In this document: piece by piece, positions 48,777 through 57,713 of the stretch
Numbering within the stretch: position 1 is the stretch's first letter
Layout of the letters: each line of letters opens with the position of its first letter
NCBI GenBank assembly: GCA_963732225.1
Contig: CAVSYR010000004.1
Location: 82,710 to 146,709 of the forward strand
DNA from: an uncultured Solirubrobacterales bacterium
Lineage (GTDB): Bacteria > Actinomycetota > Thermoleophilia > Solirubrobacterales > 70-9
Direction of reading: 5' to 3'
Length of the DNA stretch: 64,000 bases
Translations under genes and position numbers: made by a program
The notes under the pieces: generated by a model
The model's input: the letters and a program-made list of their open reading frames with translations, nothing else
Told to the model about the DNA's origin: nothing
Database searches by the model: none

Positions 48777-49876
48777 TGCTGCTCCACGTGATGATCCGCC
48801 GCCTGGGCGAGGACGGCGGACGCACTTTTTCTTTCAACCGCAGCGCCGAGTGGGTCGGCGAGCGAATCGTCGAACCCTGGGAGCGTGGAAATGAGCTGGT
48901 CATAAATGGCGAGCACTGGGAGCCGCGCCGGATCCGGGTCGCCGTGCGGGAAACTGCAAACGAAGTCGTCGTCGGCGAGTCGGAGCTCTCAAGCTGGGCA
49001 GAGCTCGAGCCGAACTCGACCGAGCGCACCGATGAGTTGCTGGCACGTCCCGCGGGGTCGGCCGGCGAGGCCGACGAGATTCATCTCGCCGCCGACCGGC
49101 GCAAGGTGATGGTTGTCATGGGCCGCAACTCGGAGATCGGCGCGGCGATGTTCGAGTTCTTGCGCGCGATCGATTTACGCCCGCTGGAGTGGACGGCGCT
49201 CGTTGGTGCGGCCAATACCGGAGCCCCTTATATCGGTCAAGTGCTCGACGAGGCCTTCGCCCAGGCTCAGGCCGTAGTGGTTCTCTCGACCCCCGACGAC
49301 ATTGCTCACTTGCGCCCCGAATTGGTGCCCGAGGGTGACCCAGAGGGCGAGGCTGCGCCACGAGGCCAGGCGCGCCCGAATGTCTTCTATGAGGCGGGAT
49401 TGGCGATTGGACGGTTTCCGAATAGGACGATCTTCGTGGAGGTCGGAACGATGCGTCCCGCGAGCGACCTCGGCGGGATTCACACGGTGCGGATGAACGA
49501 AGGTCCCGAGTGTCGCCGCGACCTCGCCCAACGGCTGGAGCGTGCACGCTGCGAAGTCGACATGGATGGCACCGACTGGCTTAGCGCGGGGACCTTCAGT
49601 GCACCCGGCGAGCCCCAGGCAACGCCGGCGGAGGAGAGCGGCGACGCTGCTCCGGACAGCGCGCTTGTGCGCCGCATCGATGCGTTCCTGGCGAGTCTCA
49701 CCGGTAACGGTCAAGCGTCGACGATCCAGGCCCAGACTTTCAACCAACTGCTGGACGAATCAGGGATTGCAGGCATTCCCCGTGCTGTGTCGAGCATTTT
49801 TAGTGGCCGCTCGGAAATGACCCACGAGGACATGCGAATGCTCCTCAACCAGATGAGAGCGGGACTCTCGAGCTAG
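48776..49876 (+). CDS. TIR-like nucleotide-binding domain protein (PF10137 / Cap12-like class) with extra N- and C-terminal domains
   Basis: KVMVVMGRNSEIGAAMFEFLRAIDLRPLEW...AQAVVVLSTPDD...RGQARPNVFYEAGLAIGRFPNRTIFVEVGTMRPASDLGGIHTVRM. This follows the recalled family pattern VFIVHG...LTPDD...RARQNVIFELGYF...PSDL.GI. ATG at 48791 is an alternative start. Confidence 0.75.
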   Translation: MLLHVMIRRLGEDGGRTFSFNRSAEWVGERIVEPWERGNELVINGEHWEPRRIRVAVRETANEVVVGESELSSWAELEPNSTERTDELLARPAGSAGEADEIHLAADRRKVMVVMGRNSEIGAAMFEFLRAIDLRPLEWTALVGAANTGAPYIGQVLDEAFAQAQAVVVLSTPDDIAHLRPELVPEGDPEGEAAPRGQARPNVFYEAGLAIGRFPNRTIFVEVGTMRPASDLGGIHTVRMNEGPECRRDLAQRLERARCEVDMDGTDWLSAGTFSAPGEPQATPAEESGDAAPDSALVRRIDAFLASLTGNGQASTIQAQTFNQLLDESGIAGIPRAVSSIFSGRSEMTHEDMRMLLNQMRAGLSS

Positions 49877-49955
49877 CGGCTGGGGATTCGGCGCCCCGGC
49901 TCCGCCGAAGCAACGGCGGCGTCTAGGTGGATGCGGCTTGACCAAGCCGAATATC

Positions 49956-49985
49956 GATCCCGCCAAACAAGTGGAGCCAGACCAA
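49956..49985. repeat. Direct repeat DR-B (partner of 36084-36113), 180 nt from the tRNA 3' end
   Basis: See DR-A. On the minus strand both copies read LVWLHLFG(G/A)I near a stop codon. Confidence 0.6.
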
Positions 49986-50164
49986 AGTGTCGATGTGACC
50001 AATAAGAGCCGCATCGAAAACCCGCACGATGTAGCCGTTATGTAGCCACGAGCAGCTGGCGAGGGTCGGAACCGCGCGGAGCGGCGCGGACCGGGTGTCC
50101 GAGGTTCGGTGGAGGATTCGGCTTTCCTGAGCCAAAAACCGGAATACTCCGGAATGAAGCGGAG

Positions 50165-50238
50165 CGCGCCCGACAGGATTCGAACCTGTGACCTTCGGTT
50201 TCGTAGACCGACGCTCTATCCAACTGAGCTACGGGCGC
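50165..50238 (-). tRNA. tRNA-Arg (anticodon ACG)
   Basis: Cloverleaf read by eye: acceptor GCGCCCG/CGGGCGC, D arm GCTC-AGTTGGATA-GAGC, anticodon arm TCGGT-CTACGAA-ACCGA, T arm ACAGG-TTCGAAT-CCTGT. It is 74 nt and CCA is not encoded. Confidence 0.9.
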
Positions 50239-50376
50239 TTGTCCTGCAAATGAGGGGTTTTTAAGTTTCGCCCCTTAAGCAGATTTCTCTCGATCCTAGT
50301 GATCCGTGCCTGACGGGGGAAGGAAACCGACGCCAAAGGACAGCAAGAAGGCCGAGCACATCGTTCCATGTTGAGC

Positions 50377-50742
50377 TCAGCCCAGTTGGCCTTTGACGTG
50401 ATCGATCAGCTCGTTGAGGCCGGTGGTCGGCGAGAACTCCACGTACTCGGAGTCCTCGAGCGCCATCGGCGCATGCCCCGGCGACCAGTAGAACGCCTGA
50501 CCCGCCGCGTAGACCTCCTCGCCAGCCTCCGTCCTCAACCCGATCCGCCCACTTAACACGTATCCCCAGTGCGGACATTGGCAGAGGTCATCGGGCAGTC
50601 CCACCAGTAACGGGCCCAGATCCCATCCGGCCGGCACTCGAATGAACGCCACCGTCATCTCACCGCCGATCTCATGGGTTCTGAGCTCGACTCCCCCACC
50701 CTCTAACTGGATCTGTGCCTCGTCGCGGGCTATCGCCTTCAA
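50377..50742 (-). CDS. Cupin-domain protein
   Basis: IRVPAGWDLGPLL...CPHWGYVLSGRIGLRTEAGEEVYAAGQAFYWSPGHAP is the typical small cupin layout. Confidence 0.75.
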   Translation of the reverse strand: MKAIARDEAQIQLEGGGVELRTHEIGGEMTVAFIRVPAGWDLGPLLVGLPDDLCQCPHWGYVLSGRIGLRTEAGEEVYAAGQAFYWSPGHAPMALEDSEYVEFSPTTGLNELIDHVKGQLG

Positions 50743-50817
50743 TCGATCCTCCTTTCGGCTAGTCGATTCGACCTACAGGAGAGACTCTTCCACACGCTGC
50801 CGTGGGAGACCGGGTGA

Positions 50818-51522
50818 TTGACTGCTTGCGTGGAGATCTTCCTCCTCGCCCTCACCGCGGCCCTGAATCCATCGCTCCTTGCTGCGACCACAGTGATGCT
50901 GCTGCTGCCAACGCCGCGGAACCTGATGCTCGGCTATCTGCTCGGGGCGTTGCTCACCAGCATCTCGGTGGGGCTCCTGATCGTTTTCTACCTGCAGGAT
51001 TCAGGCACGGTCACTGCCGCAAAACACACGCTGAGCCCGGCGACAGACTTCGTCCTCGGCTTCATCGCGCTGGCTGTCGCTCGGGCCCTAAACGCCGAAC
51101 GGGACGTGCTCCTAAAGGAACGCCGGGAGCGCCACAAGGCGGCGAAGGGAAAGCCGGAGAAGGAGAAGGAGCCGCCGCGGTGGCAGCGGGCGATCAGCAG
51201 GGGCGGCGCGCGGACCACCTTCGTCGTGGGAGTGGTGCTCTCCCTTCCAGGCACTTCCTACCTCCTCGCCCTGGTCAGCGTGGCAAAGGATGATCTGGCC
51301 ACCCTGCCGACCATCCTGATCGTCCTCGGTTTCAACCTGGTCATGTTGATGTTGCTCGAGATCCCGCTGCTCGCCTACTCGCTGGCACCGGAGACGACGC
51401 CCGAAAAGGTGGAGGGCTTCAAGGCCTGGCTTCGCCGCGACGGCCGGCTGATGGGGATCAGGGTCGCGACTGTCTTCGGAGTGCTGATGATCGTTCATGG
51501 GGTGCTGACAGCGATCCCCTGA
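50818..51522 (+). CDS. GAP-family (DUF2910-like) integral membrane protein
   Basis: Multi-TM ORF with a central charged loop (KERRERHKAAKGKPEKEKEPPRWQR). Paralog of 53562-54179. Confidence 0.65.
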   Translation: MTACVEIFLLALTAALNPSLLAATTVMLLLPTPRNLMLGYLLGALLTSISVGLLIVFYLQDSGTVTAAKHTLSPATDFVLGFIALAVARALNAERDVLLKERRERHKAAKGKPEKEKEPPRWQRAISRGGARTTFVVGVVLSLPGTSYLLALVSVAKDDLATLPTILIVLGFNLVMLMLLEIPLLAYSLAPETTPEKVEGFKAWLRRDGRLMGIRVATVFGVLMIVHGVLTAIP

Positions 51523-51723
51523 TCGAGGCTCATTTGCCTGACGGATCGGGCAGCACTTCGCCTCGACCCATCAAAAAACCCCCACTGAGGCGAAAGCGCA
51601 CTAGGCTGGGACGGTGAGCGTGGGAGCTCCGCAACGGGATCACGCGACATCTGGAATTACCCGCTGCTGTTTGGGTGTCCGTAGCGGGCCATTTTTCCAA
51701 CGGGCACCGAGCGGACAGAAACG

Positions 51724-53565
51724 ATGATCGATCCGCTCGCAGCACTCCCGGTGGGGGCGCTCAGCGAGTCGCGGACGCTCTTCGAGCTCGGGCTGGTGGC
51801 GGTTCTGGCGGCGGCGGCGCCCCTGATCGCCCAGGTGCTGCGGCTCCCATCGATCCTGTTGCTGCTCGCGCTCGGGTTCGGCGCGGGCGCCAGCGGCGCT
51901 CTCGATCCCAACGCGCTGCTGGGCGAGAACCTGATCTCCACCGTGGTCTCGATCGCCGTCGGGATCATCCTCTTCGAGGCCGGGCTCGGCCTGAACTTCA
52001 ACAAGCTGAGCGGCAGCGTCGCTCGCGTCTACCGCCGGCTGGTGAGCCTCGGGATTCTCATCACCTGGGCGATCGGGACGCTCGCGGCCTATCTGCTCTT
52101 CGATCTCTCCTGGGAGGTCGCGCTTGTGCTCGGGGCGGTCCTGGTCGTCTCCGGCCCGACGGTGGTCGGGCCGCTGCTCGACTTCATCCGCCCCTCCAAG
52201 ACGGTCAACTCGGTCCTCAAGTGGGAGGGCACATTCGCCGACCCGATCGGCGCGACGCTCGGCGTCGTCGTGTTCAACGCGGTGATCGCCGGGCACGCGA
52301 AGGCCGGCGAGGAGATCGCCCAGTTCCTCCTCGCGATCGGGATCGGGGCCGGCTTCGGCCTCCTCGGAGGGGTCTTGGTCCTGGGCTGGCTGCAATGGTT
52401 TAAGCCGACCCAGTCCCAGGCGGTGACCGGGACCCTGATGTTCGTCGTCGCGATGGTCGTCTGCGCCGACCTGCTCCGCGATGACACAGGCCTGATCACC
52501 GGCCTCTGCATTGGCGCGATCCTCGTCAACAAACCACCCCGAAGAATCGAGCCCGCCGGCCTCGCGATACAGACGGCAAAGCTGACCCGTGCCTGGCGTG
52601 AACGGATCGCCACCCTCTCGACCTTTTTGATCGGGATCCTGTTCATCATCCTCTCGGCCCGGGTCTCCCCGCACCAGATCGGCGAAGTCGGCTGGGTGAG
52701 CCTCGCCTTCATCGCCGTGCTCGTGCTCATCGGCCGGCCGCTCGCGGTGTTGCTCTCTACCCTGGGCTCGACGCTTCCGGTGCGCGAGCGGGCCTTTATC
52801 GCCTGGATGGCGCCGCGCGGGATCGTCGCGGCTGCGACCTCCTCCACCTTCGCCCTCGGCCTCACCCAGGCCGGGATCGGCGGTGGCGCGCAGAACCTGA
52901 TTCCGATCACCTTCATCGTGATCGTCGCCACCGGACTGATCTATGGCCTCAGCGGAGGTCCCGTGGCTCGCGCTCTCGGAGTCGCGAGCACGGGCCCGGG
53001 CGGCGTGCTGCTGATCGGCGCCACCCCGGTCGGGCGCGCCGTCGGGCGTGCCCTGGATGACCGCGGGCTGAACGTGCTCGTCTGGACCGGCAGCCAGGAA
53101 TTGGCACAGGCGGCCGAGGCGGACGGGCTCAGCGTCTACCAGGGAAATCCCATCGAAGACGCCAGCGGGGATGCCCCGTCTGACCTCGACCAGCTCGACT
53201 ACGCGCTCGTGGTCGGCGCCGATGAAGCCCTGAACGCGATGGTCGCCACCGACCTCTCCGAGTACTTCGGCCGCGACCGGGTCTTCCAGCTCCCCCCCAC
53301 GGACGAACGGGCCGCAGCCTTCTACACTAGGGCGCGGGTGCTATTCGACGAGTCAGCCAGCCATGAGGAGCTCTTGTCCCGAATCAAAGCCGGCGCCGAG
53401 ATCACCGTCACCGAAGCGCCCGGTGCCGACCGGACGGCTGAGCTGCCGATGTTCGTACACACGCCCGGGAAAGACCTGCGCGTCCTCACCGCTGGTGAGC
53501 GGCCCGATCTCCAGGCCGGGCAGGAGCTGATCGCGATGGTCGAGGGCGGAAAGCAGGAATCATGA
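51724..53565 (+). CDS. Cation:proton antiporter (CPA1-type Na+/H+ exchanger) with a C-terminal RCK/TrkA-N-like domain
   Basis: About 12 TM segments with typical exchanger strings (VVSGPTVVGPLL, AWMAPRGIVAAATS), followed by GVLLIGATPVGRAVGRALDDRGLNVLVW, a Rossmann-like motif. Confidence 0.85.
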   Translation: MIDPLAALPVGALSESRTLFELGLVAVLAAAAPLIAQVLRLPSILLLLALGFGAGASGALDPNALLGENLISTVVSIAVGIILFEAGLGLNFNKLSGSVARVYRRLVSLGILITWAIGTLAAYLLFDLSWEVALVLGAVLVVSGPTVVGPLLDFIRPSKTVNSVLKWEGTFADPIGATLGVVVFNAVIAGHAKAGEEIAQFLLAIGIGAGFGLLGGVLVLGWLQWFKPTQSQAVTGTLMFVVAMVVCADLLRDDTGLITGLCIGAILVNKPPRRIEPAGLAIQTAKLTRAWRERIATLSTFLIGILFIILSARVSPHQIGEVGWVSLAFIAVLVLIGRPLAVLLSTLGSTLPVRERAFIAWMAPRGIVAAATSSTFALGLTQAGIGGGAQNLIPITFIVIVATGLIYGLSGGPVARALGVASTGPGGVLLIGATPVGRAVGRALDDRGLNVLVWTGSQELAQAAEADGLSVYQGNPIEDASGDAPSDLDQLDYALVVGADEALNAMVATDLSEYFGRDRVFQLPPTDERAAAFYTRARVLFDESASHEELLSRIKAGAEITVTEAPGADRTAELPMFVHTPGKDLRVLTAGERPDLQAGQELIAMVEGGKQES

Positions 53566-54179
53566 TCGCCGCCACCCTGCCGCTGGCGATCGCGATGGTC
53601 GCCGGTCCACAGATCATCAGCGCGTTCTTCTTCGCCACCTCGCCCAAGTGGAAATCCGATTCGGCCGCGTTCATCCTCGGGGCCGCAGCCGCGCTCTTTC
53701 TCGTCGTCACCGTCGCTTACCTAATCGCTCACCACATCGCGGGAGGCGGCTCCGAAGGCGGCACGAAGTCCCGGGGGCTCGAGATCGCGATCCTCGCCCT
53801 TCTCGTCTTCGCGATGGCCTACGTCTTCCATCGCCGCAAGCGGACCGACCCGCCTAAGTGGATGGGCAAGCTGCAGACGGCGACTCCCAAATTCACGTTA
53901 ACGCTGGGGTTCATGCTTTTGGCCTTCTTCCCGACCGACATCGTCACCTCGGTAAGCGTCGCCGCCCACCTGGCAAACCACGGTCACCCGTGGTCGCATG
54001 CCCTTCCCTTCATCTTCTTCACACTTCTCCTGCTGGCGCTCCCGGCCCTGGCCATACTTGTCCTGGGCGAGCGCGCGAAGAAGGAGCTGCCGAAGATCCG
54101 CAACTGGATGGACACAAACTCGTGGATCGTGAGCGAGGTGGTGCTGGCCTTCTTCGTCCTCATCGTCCTGACCGGCTAG
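53562..54179 (+). CDS. GAP-family integral membrane protein
   Basis: ATGA overlap with the antiporter stop. The layout is similar to 50818-51522 (KRTDPPKWMGKLQ loop). Confidence 0.65.
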   Translation: MIAATLPLAIAMVAGPQIISAFFFATSPKWKSDSAAFILGAAAALFLVVTVAYLIAHHIAGGGSEGGTKSRGLEIAILALLVFAMAYVFHRRKRTDPPKWMGKLQTATPKFTLTLGFMLLAFFPTDIVTSVSVAAHLANHGHPWSHALPFIFFTLLLLALPALAILVLGERAKKELPKIRNWMDTNSWIVSEVVLAFFVLIVLTG

Positions 54180-54190
54180 GCGAGCCCTGA

Positions 54191-55645
54191 ATGGAGTGGT
54201 CGCTGGCGATCATCGCGCTCGCGGTCTTGGCGGTCGCGTCGGTCTCGGGTCGAATCGCCGGCACGCCCCTGACCCCGGCGATCCTCTTCGTCCTGATCGG
54301 CGTGCTCGTCGGCCCGAAGGTCCTCGACGAGGTCGACTTCTCGAGCTCCGGCTCGACGGTGCGAGCTCTGGCCGAGGCCACCCTGGCGCTGGTGCTGTTC
54401 ACCGACGCGTCGCGGATCAACCTGAGGGGGCTGCGCCGCAACGCGAGCGTTCCCGTGCGGCTGCTCGGGATAGGACTGCCGCTGACGATCGCCCTCGGCG
54501 CCCTGGCGGCGGCTGCCGTCTTCGGTGAGCTCAGCATCGAGGAGGCCGTGATCATCGGTGTGGTGCTGGCGCCGACCGATGCCGCGCTCGGCCAGGCGGT
54601 CGTCACGAACCCGCGAGTGCCCGCGCCGATCCGCCAGGGCTTAAACGTGGAGAGCGGGCTCAACGACGGGATCTGCGTGCCGCTTCTTTTCATCGCGGTC
54701 GCGGCAGCCGACGTTCACTCCGAGCTGGCGGGCGGGCGCAGCGCGGCCACTCTCGTCTTCGACGAGATCGGCTACGGGATCCTCGGCGGCCTGGCCGCCG
54801 GCGCCCTGATCGCCGCGATCATCCGCTTCGCCGAGCCGCGAAGGCTGATCGCCAGCGCATGGCTGCCGGTGATCCCTGCCGCTGGGGCCGTACTCGCATA
54901 CGGGATCGCGGCCGGGCTGGACGGATCTGGCTTCATCGCGGCTTTCGTCGCCGGAGGGGTCTTCGGCGGGATGCTCGGCCGCGACCCCGCCGAGGTGAAT
55001 CGCCTGGTCGAGGAGGTGGGAGGCGTCCTGAACGGGGTCACCTTCCTGCTCTTCGGCGCCATCCTGCTGGGCCCGGCGCTCGCGCATGTGAGCTGGAGCC
55101 TCGCCCTCTACGCGGCCCTCAGCCTCACCGTCGTGCGGATGCTCCCGGTGGCGATCGCGATGCTCGGAAGCCGGGCTCGCCTGGCGACTCTCGCCTTCAT
55201 GGGCTGGTTCGGACCTCGCGGCCTCGCCTCGATCGTCTTCGCCGTGATCGTGGTCGAGGAGTCCCAGCTCCCGCACCAGCAGACGATCCTGCTGGCGATC
55301 TACCTCACGGTCGGCCTCTCGATCCTCCTGCACGGGCTCACCGCGGCGCCGCTGGCCGACCGCTACGGGCGCTGGTATGAGGCCCACCCTCGAGAGGCCC
55401 GGCCCCCGATGGAGGGAGCGCCGGCGACGGTGACCCGGCGCGATAAGGATCAGCGCAGCCCGAGGCCAACCACCGCATCGCTCGCTTCGGCTATCCCGGC
55501 GACTGCGTCTTGGGCGGATCTTCCTTGTGGTGCCCGGCGTGGCTGGTCTTCTTTCTCTCCTCGCGCTCCTTCACGTAGCCGACGCCGATCTCACGCACCA
55601 ACTCGACCAGGATCCCAATGCCGGTCAGCACGTAGAAGGCGGTGA
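54191..55645 (+). CDS. Cation:proton antiporter (CPA1 family); the annotated 3' end is probably too long
   Basis: The TM core contains LAPTDAALGQAVV, ESGLNDG and GWFGPRGLASIVF. The last ~65 codons (from about 55440) are Arg/Ser/Pro-rich and antisense to the channel gene, so the real stop is likely earlier or a frame change is hidden there. Confidence 0.85.
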   Translation: MEWSLAIIALAVLAVASVSGRIAGTPLTPAILFVLIGVLVGPKVLDEVDFSSSGSTVRALAEATLALVLFTDASRINLRGLRRNASVPVRLLGIGLPLTIALGALAAAAVFGELSIEEAVIIGVVLAPTDAALGQAVVTNPRVPAPIRQGLNVESGLNDGICVPLLFIAVAAADVHSELAGGRSAATLVFDEIGYGILGGLAAGALIAAIIRFAEPRRLIASAWLPVIPAAGAVLAYGIAAGLDGSGFIAAFVAGGVFGGMLGRDPAEVNRLVEEVGGVLNGVTFLLFGAILLGPALAHVSWSLALYAALSLTVVRMLPVAIAMLGSRARLATLAFMGWFGPRGLASIVFAVIVVEESQLPHQQTILLAIYLTVGLSILLHGLTAAPLADRYGRWYEAHPREARPPMEGAPATVTRRDKDQRSPRPTTASLASAIPATASWADLPCGARRGWSSFSPRAPSRSRRRSHAPTRPGSQCRSARRRR

Positions 55646-55928
55646 AGACCTTCAACGAGTCATGCGTAAGCGTGAGGTTCGGGTCGGAGACGCTCGTCGT
55701 GGTCAGCGTGGAGACGGCGAAGTAGAACCCATCGACGACGCTCCAGCCCTCGCCAAGCGAGTAGACGGTGGTCCCGAGAACAATGAGGAAGACCGCGTCG
55801 AGGACGGCGGCGAAATTCTCTTCTTCCCTTGCGTACTTCATCGCCCGGAGCATGCGCCGGAACATGCCGGGGAGGGACACCGCGAGGAGCAGGTGCCGGA
55901 GCTTGTGAGGGGCCTTCTCCTGCGACAT
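55491..55928 (-). CDS. Two-TM potassium-channel-family protein with a non-canonical filter
   Basis: TM1, pore helix, filter and TM2 layout: VDGFYFAVSTLTTTSVSDPN, where canonical channels have T(V/I)GYGD. Confidence 0.7.
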   Translation of the reverse strand: MSQEKAPHKLRHLLLAVSLPGMFRRMLRAMKYAREEENFAAVLDAVFLIVLGTTVYSLGEGWSVVDGFYFAVSTLTTTSVSDPNLTLTHDSLKVFTAFYVLTGIGILVELVREIGVGYVKEREERKKTSHAGHHKEDPPKTQSPG

Positions 55929-55956
55929 CGCCTCGCAGCTCCGGCCGACTGAGTGC

Positions 55957-56880
55957 TCAGTCTTGGCGATCGGGAGCGATGCTCGAGGGCTCGACCTCTC
56001 CTCGCTCGATTCTGCGGGACAGACGTTGGCGTGCGCTGAGGCTGCCGGGGTCGAGCAGTCCCGACCCCGCGGCTCGCGAGATCGAGGTGCCGCCGCGCCC
56101 GCGCAGCACCATGGCGCAGCCGACTGCGATCAGCGCTCCGGCGAGCGGGCCGACCAGATAGACCCAATAGCTGGTGAAGTCGCCGCTGACCAGCGCCGGA
56201 CCGAAGGAACGTGCCGGGTTCATCGAGACGCCGCTGACCGGCGCCGCCCAGAGGCCCGCCAGGGCTATGTAGCCGCCGACGCCGAGCGCCGCGATCGCGC
56301 CCACGTTCTGCGCCGCCGAGGCGGTGCCGAGGATCACGCTGACCAGGCCGACCGTCAGCACCGTCTCCATCAGCAGGGCCTGCCAGTCGTGGTACCCCGC
56401 ACCCGGCAGGGTCGCTCCGAGGTGCTCGACGTTGCCGAAGACCGCGAGCAGGAAGAGGCAGGCGAGCGTCGCCCCGATCAGCTGGACGATGATGTAGCCG
56501 GGCAGGCGTTTCCACGGGAAGTCGCCCCGCAGGGCGAAGGCGAGGGAGACGGCGGGATTCAGATGTGCGCCGGACACGGCGCCCATGAAGAGGATGATCG
56601 CCATGACCATCAGCCCGGGCGCGACGACGGCCGCCGCCAGGCTGATCTGGCCTTTGGCGTGGAGCAGCCCACCGCCGGCGGCGACCAAGACCAGGAAGAA
56701 CGTCCCCAGCAGCTCGGAGAACAGCCGCCGCCACTCGAGCCTCGGGTCGTCGAAGTCCCTGCGATCCCCGAACTCGAGCGCCAGCAGGTGGCGGGTGCGG
56801 GGCCCGAGCGGTATGCCTGCGAGCTCGGACTCGGTCCCCTCGATCTCGCGCTTGTCCTCCGTGTGGTCGCTATCGGCCAT
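55957..56880 (-). CDS. MIP-family channel (aquaporin/glycerol facilitator type)
   Basis: It carries two NPA boxes (SGAHLNPAVSLA and SGVSMNPARSFG). ATG at 56880 (MADSDHTEDK) is preferred over the track start at 56922. Confidence 0.9.
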   Translation of the reverse strand: MADSDHTEDKREIEGTESELAGIPLGPRTRHLLALEFGDRRDFDDPRLEWRRLFSELLGTFFLVLVAAGGGLLHAKGQISLAAAVVAPGLMVMAIILFMGAVSGAHLNPAVSLAFALRGDFPWKRLPGYIIVQLIGATLACLFLLAVFGNVEHLGATLPGAGYHDWQALLMETVLTVGLVSVILGTASAAQNVGAIAALGVGGYIALAGLWAAPVSGVSMNPARSFGPALVSGDFTSYWVYLVGPLAGALIAVGCAMVLRGRGGTSISRAAGSGLLDPGSLSARQRLSRRIERGEVEPSSIAPDRQD

Positions 56881-57595
56881 CCGACCCCCCGCGGACGTCG
56901 GCCTGCAGCCGCTCCAGCTCAAGGCGCAGCTCGGGCAGGAAGGCCGAGCCGGGCCTTACCGATTCGATCATCTCCACCGACTCGCCGTAGTGGGCGCTCA
57001 TGCTCGCGACGCTGGTGCCGATGCGCTCCTCGAGCCCCTCGCCGGCCGTCTCGATACCCCGGCGCAGCCCGAGGATGTCGGAGAGCTTGTCGGCGGCATA
57101 GACCGTCACCGCCCATCCTCCCGCTGCCGCGACCTGGTCTCGCAAAGCTGCCTTTCGCTGATCGAAGGACTCGATTCCGGGGTCCTCGCTGAGGATGAGC
57201 ACGAGCGAGCTGATGCTCTCTCCCATCTCATCTCGCAGCTCCTCCTCGCTGAGCGTCCCCCGCTCGACGGCGTCGTGCAACAGGCCGACCGCCACGAGTT
57301 CGTCCGCGAATCCCGCCCGATGAAGAGTCCGCGCGACCTCGAGGACGTGATCGAGGAAGTAGCGCCCATCGCTGGGCCGCCGGGTCGAGCCGTGGGCGAG
57401 TCCGAGCGAGCGAGTAGGCCTTTGCCAGGAGAGGGGAGTCGGCAACCCACTCCGGCGGATCGGATCCCGAGCGGCCCGCAATGGAAGTCGTGCTAGTGCG
57501 TTCACTACTAGCCACCCCTCGAGTATCCACGATTTCCCTGCTTTCGTCAGGTTTATCTTCGCGGTTCGGGGACGGCGCTGAGCAGCGGACGACAT
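56870..57595 (-). CDS. HD-domain protein (SpoT/RelA-hydrolase-like HD_4 type); the N-terminus may need a frame correction
   Basis: HGSTRRPSDGRYFLDHVLEVARTLHRAGFADELVAVGLLHDAVERGTLSEEELRDEMG. The expected upstream helix (SPLLAKAYSLA) lies in another frame (ORF 57228-57692). Confidence 0.65.
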   Translation of the reverse strand: MSSAAQRRPRTAKINLTKAGKSWILEGWLVVNALARLPLRAARDPIRRSGLPTPLSWQRPTRSLGLAHGSTRRPSDGRYFLDHVLEVARTLHRAGFADELVAVGLLHDAVERGTLSEEELRDEMGESISSLVLILSEDPGIESFDQRKAALRDQVAAAGGWAVTVYAADKLSDILGLRRGIETAGEGLEERIGTSVASMSAHYGESVEMIESVRPGSAFLPELRLELERLQADVRGGSDGR

Positions 57596-57713
57596 TTGGC
57601 CTCGACTTTGAACCCATGAGGTGGCAAGATCGACGGACGGGGAGAATCAACTCCTCGCGACGGAAAGTGGTCATGCCTCCAGCGCAAACCACGATCCAAA
57701 TCCCCTGATACCG

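Noticed and set aside
51640-52674. Antisense ORFs across the transporter and DUF2252 genes: 51640-52674, 52089-52931, 54641-55387, 57927-59642 and 58739-59884.
   Set aside because: This is the same high-G+C antisense artefact. The opposite strand encodes recognisable membrane or DUF2252 proteins.
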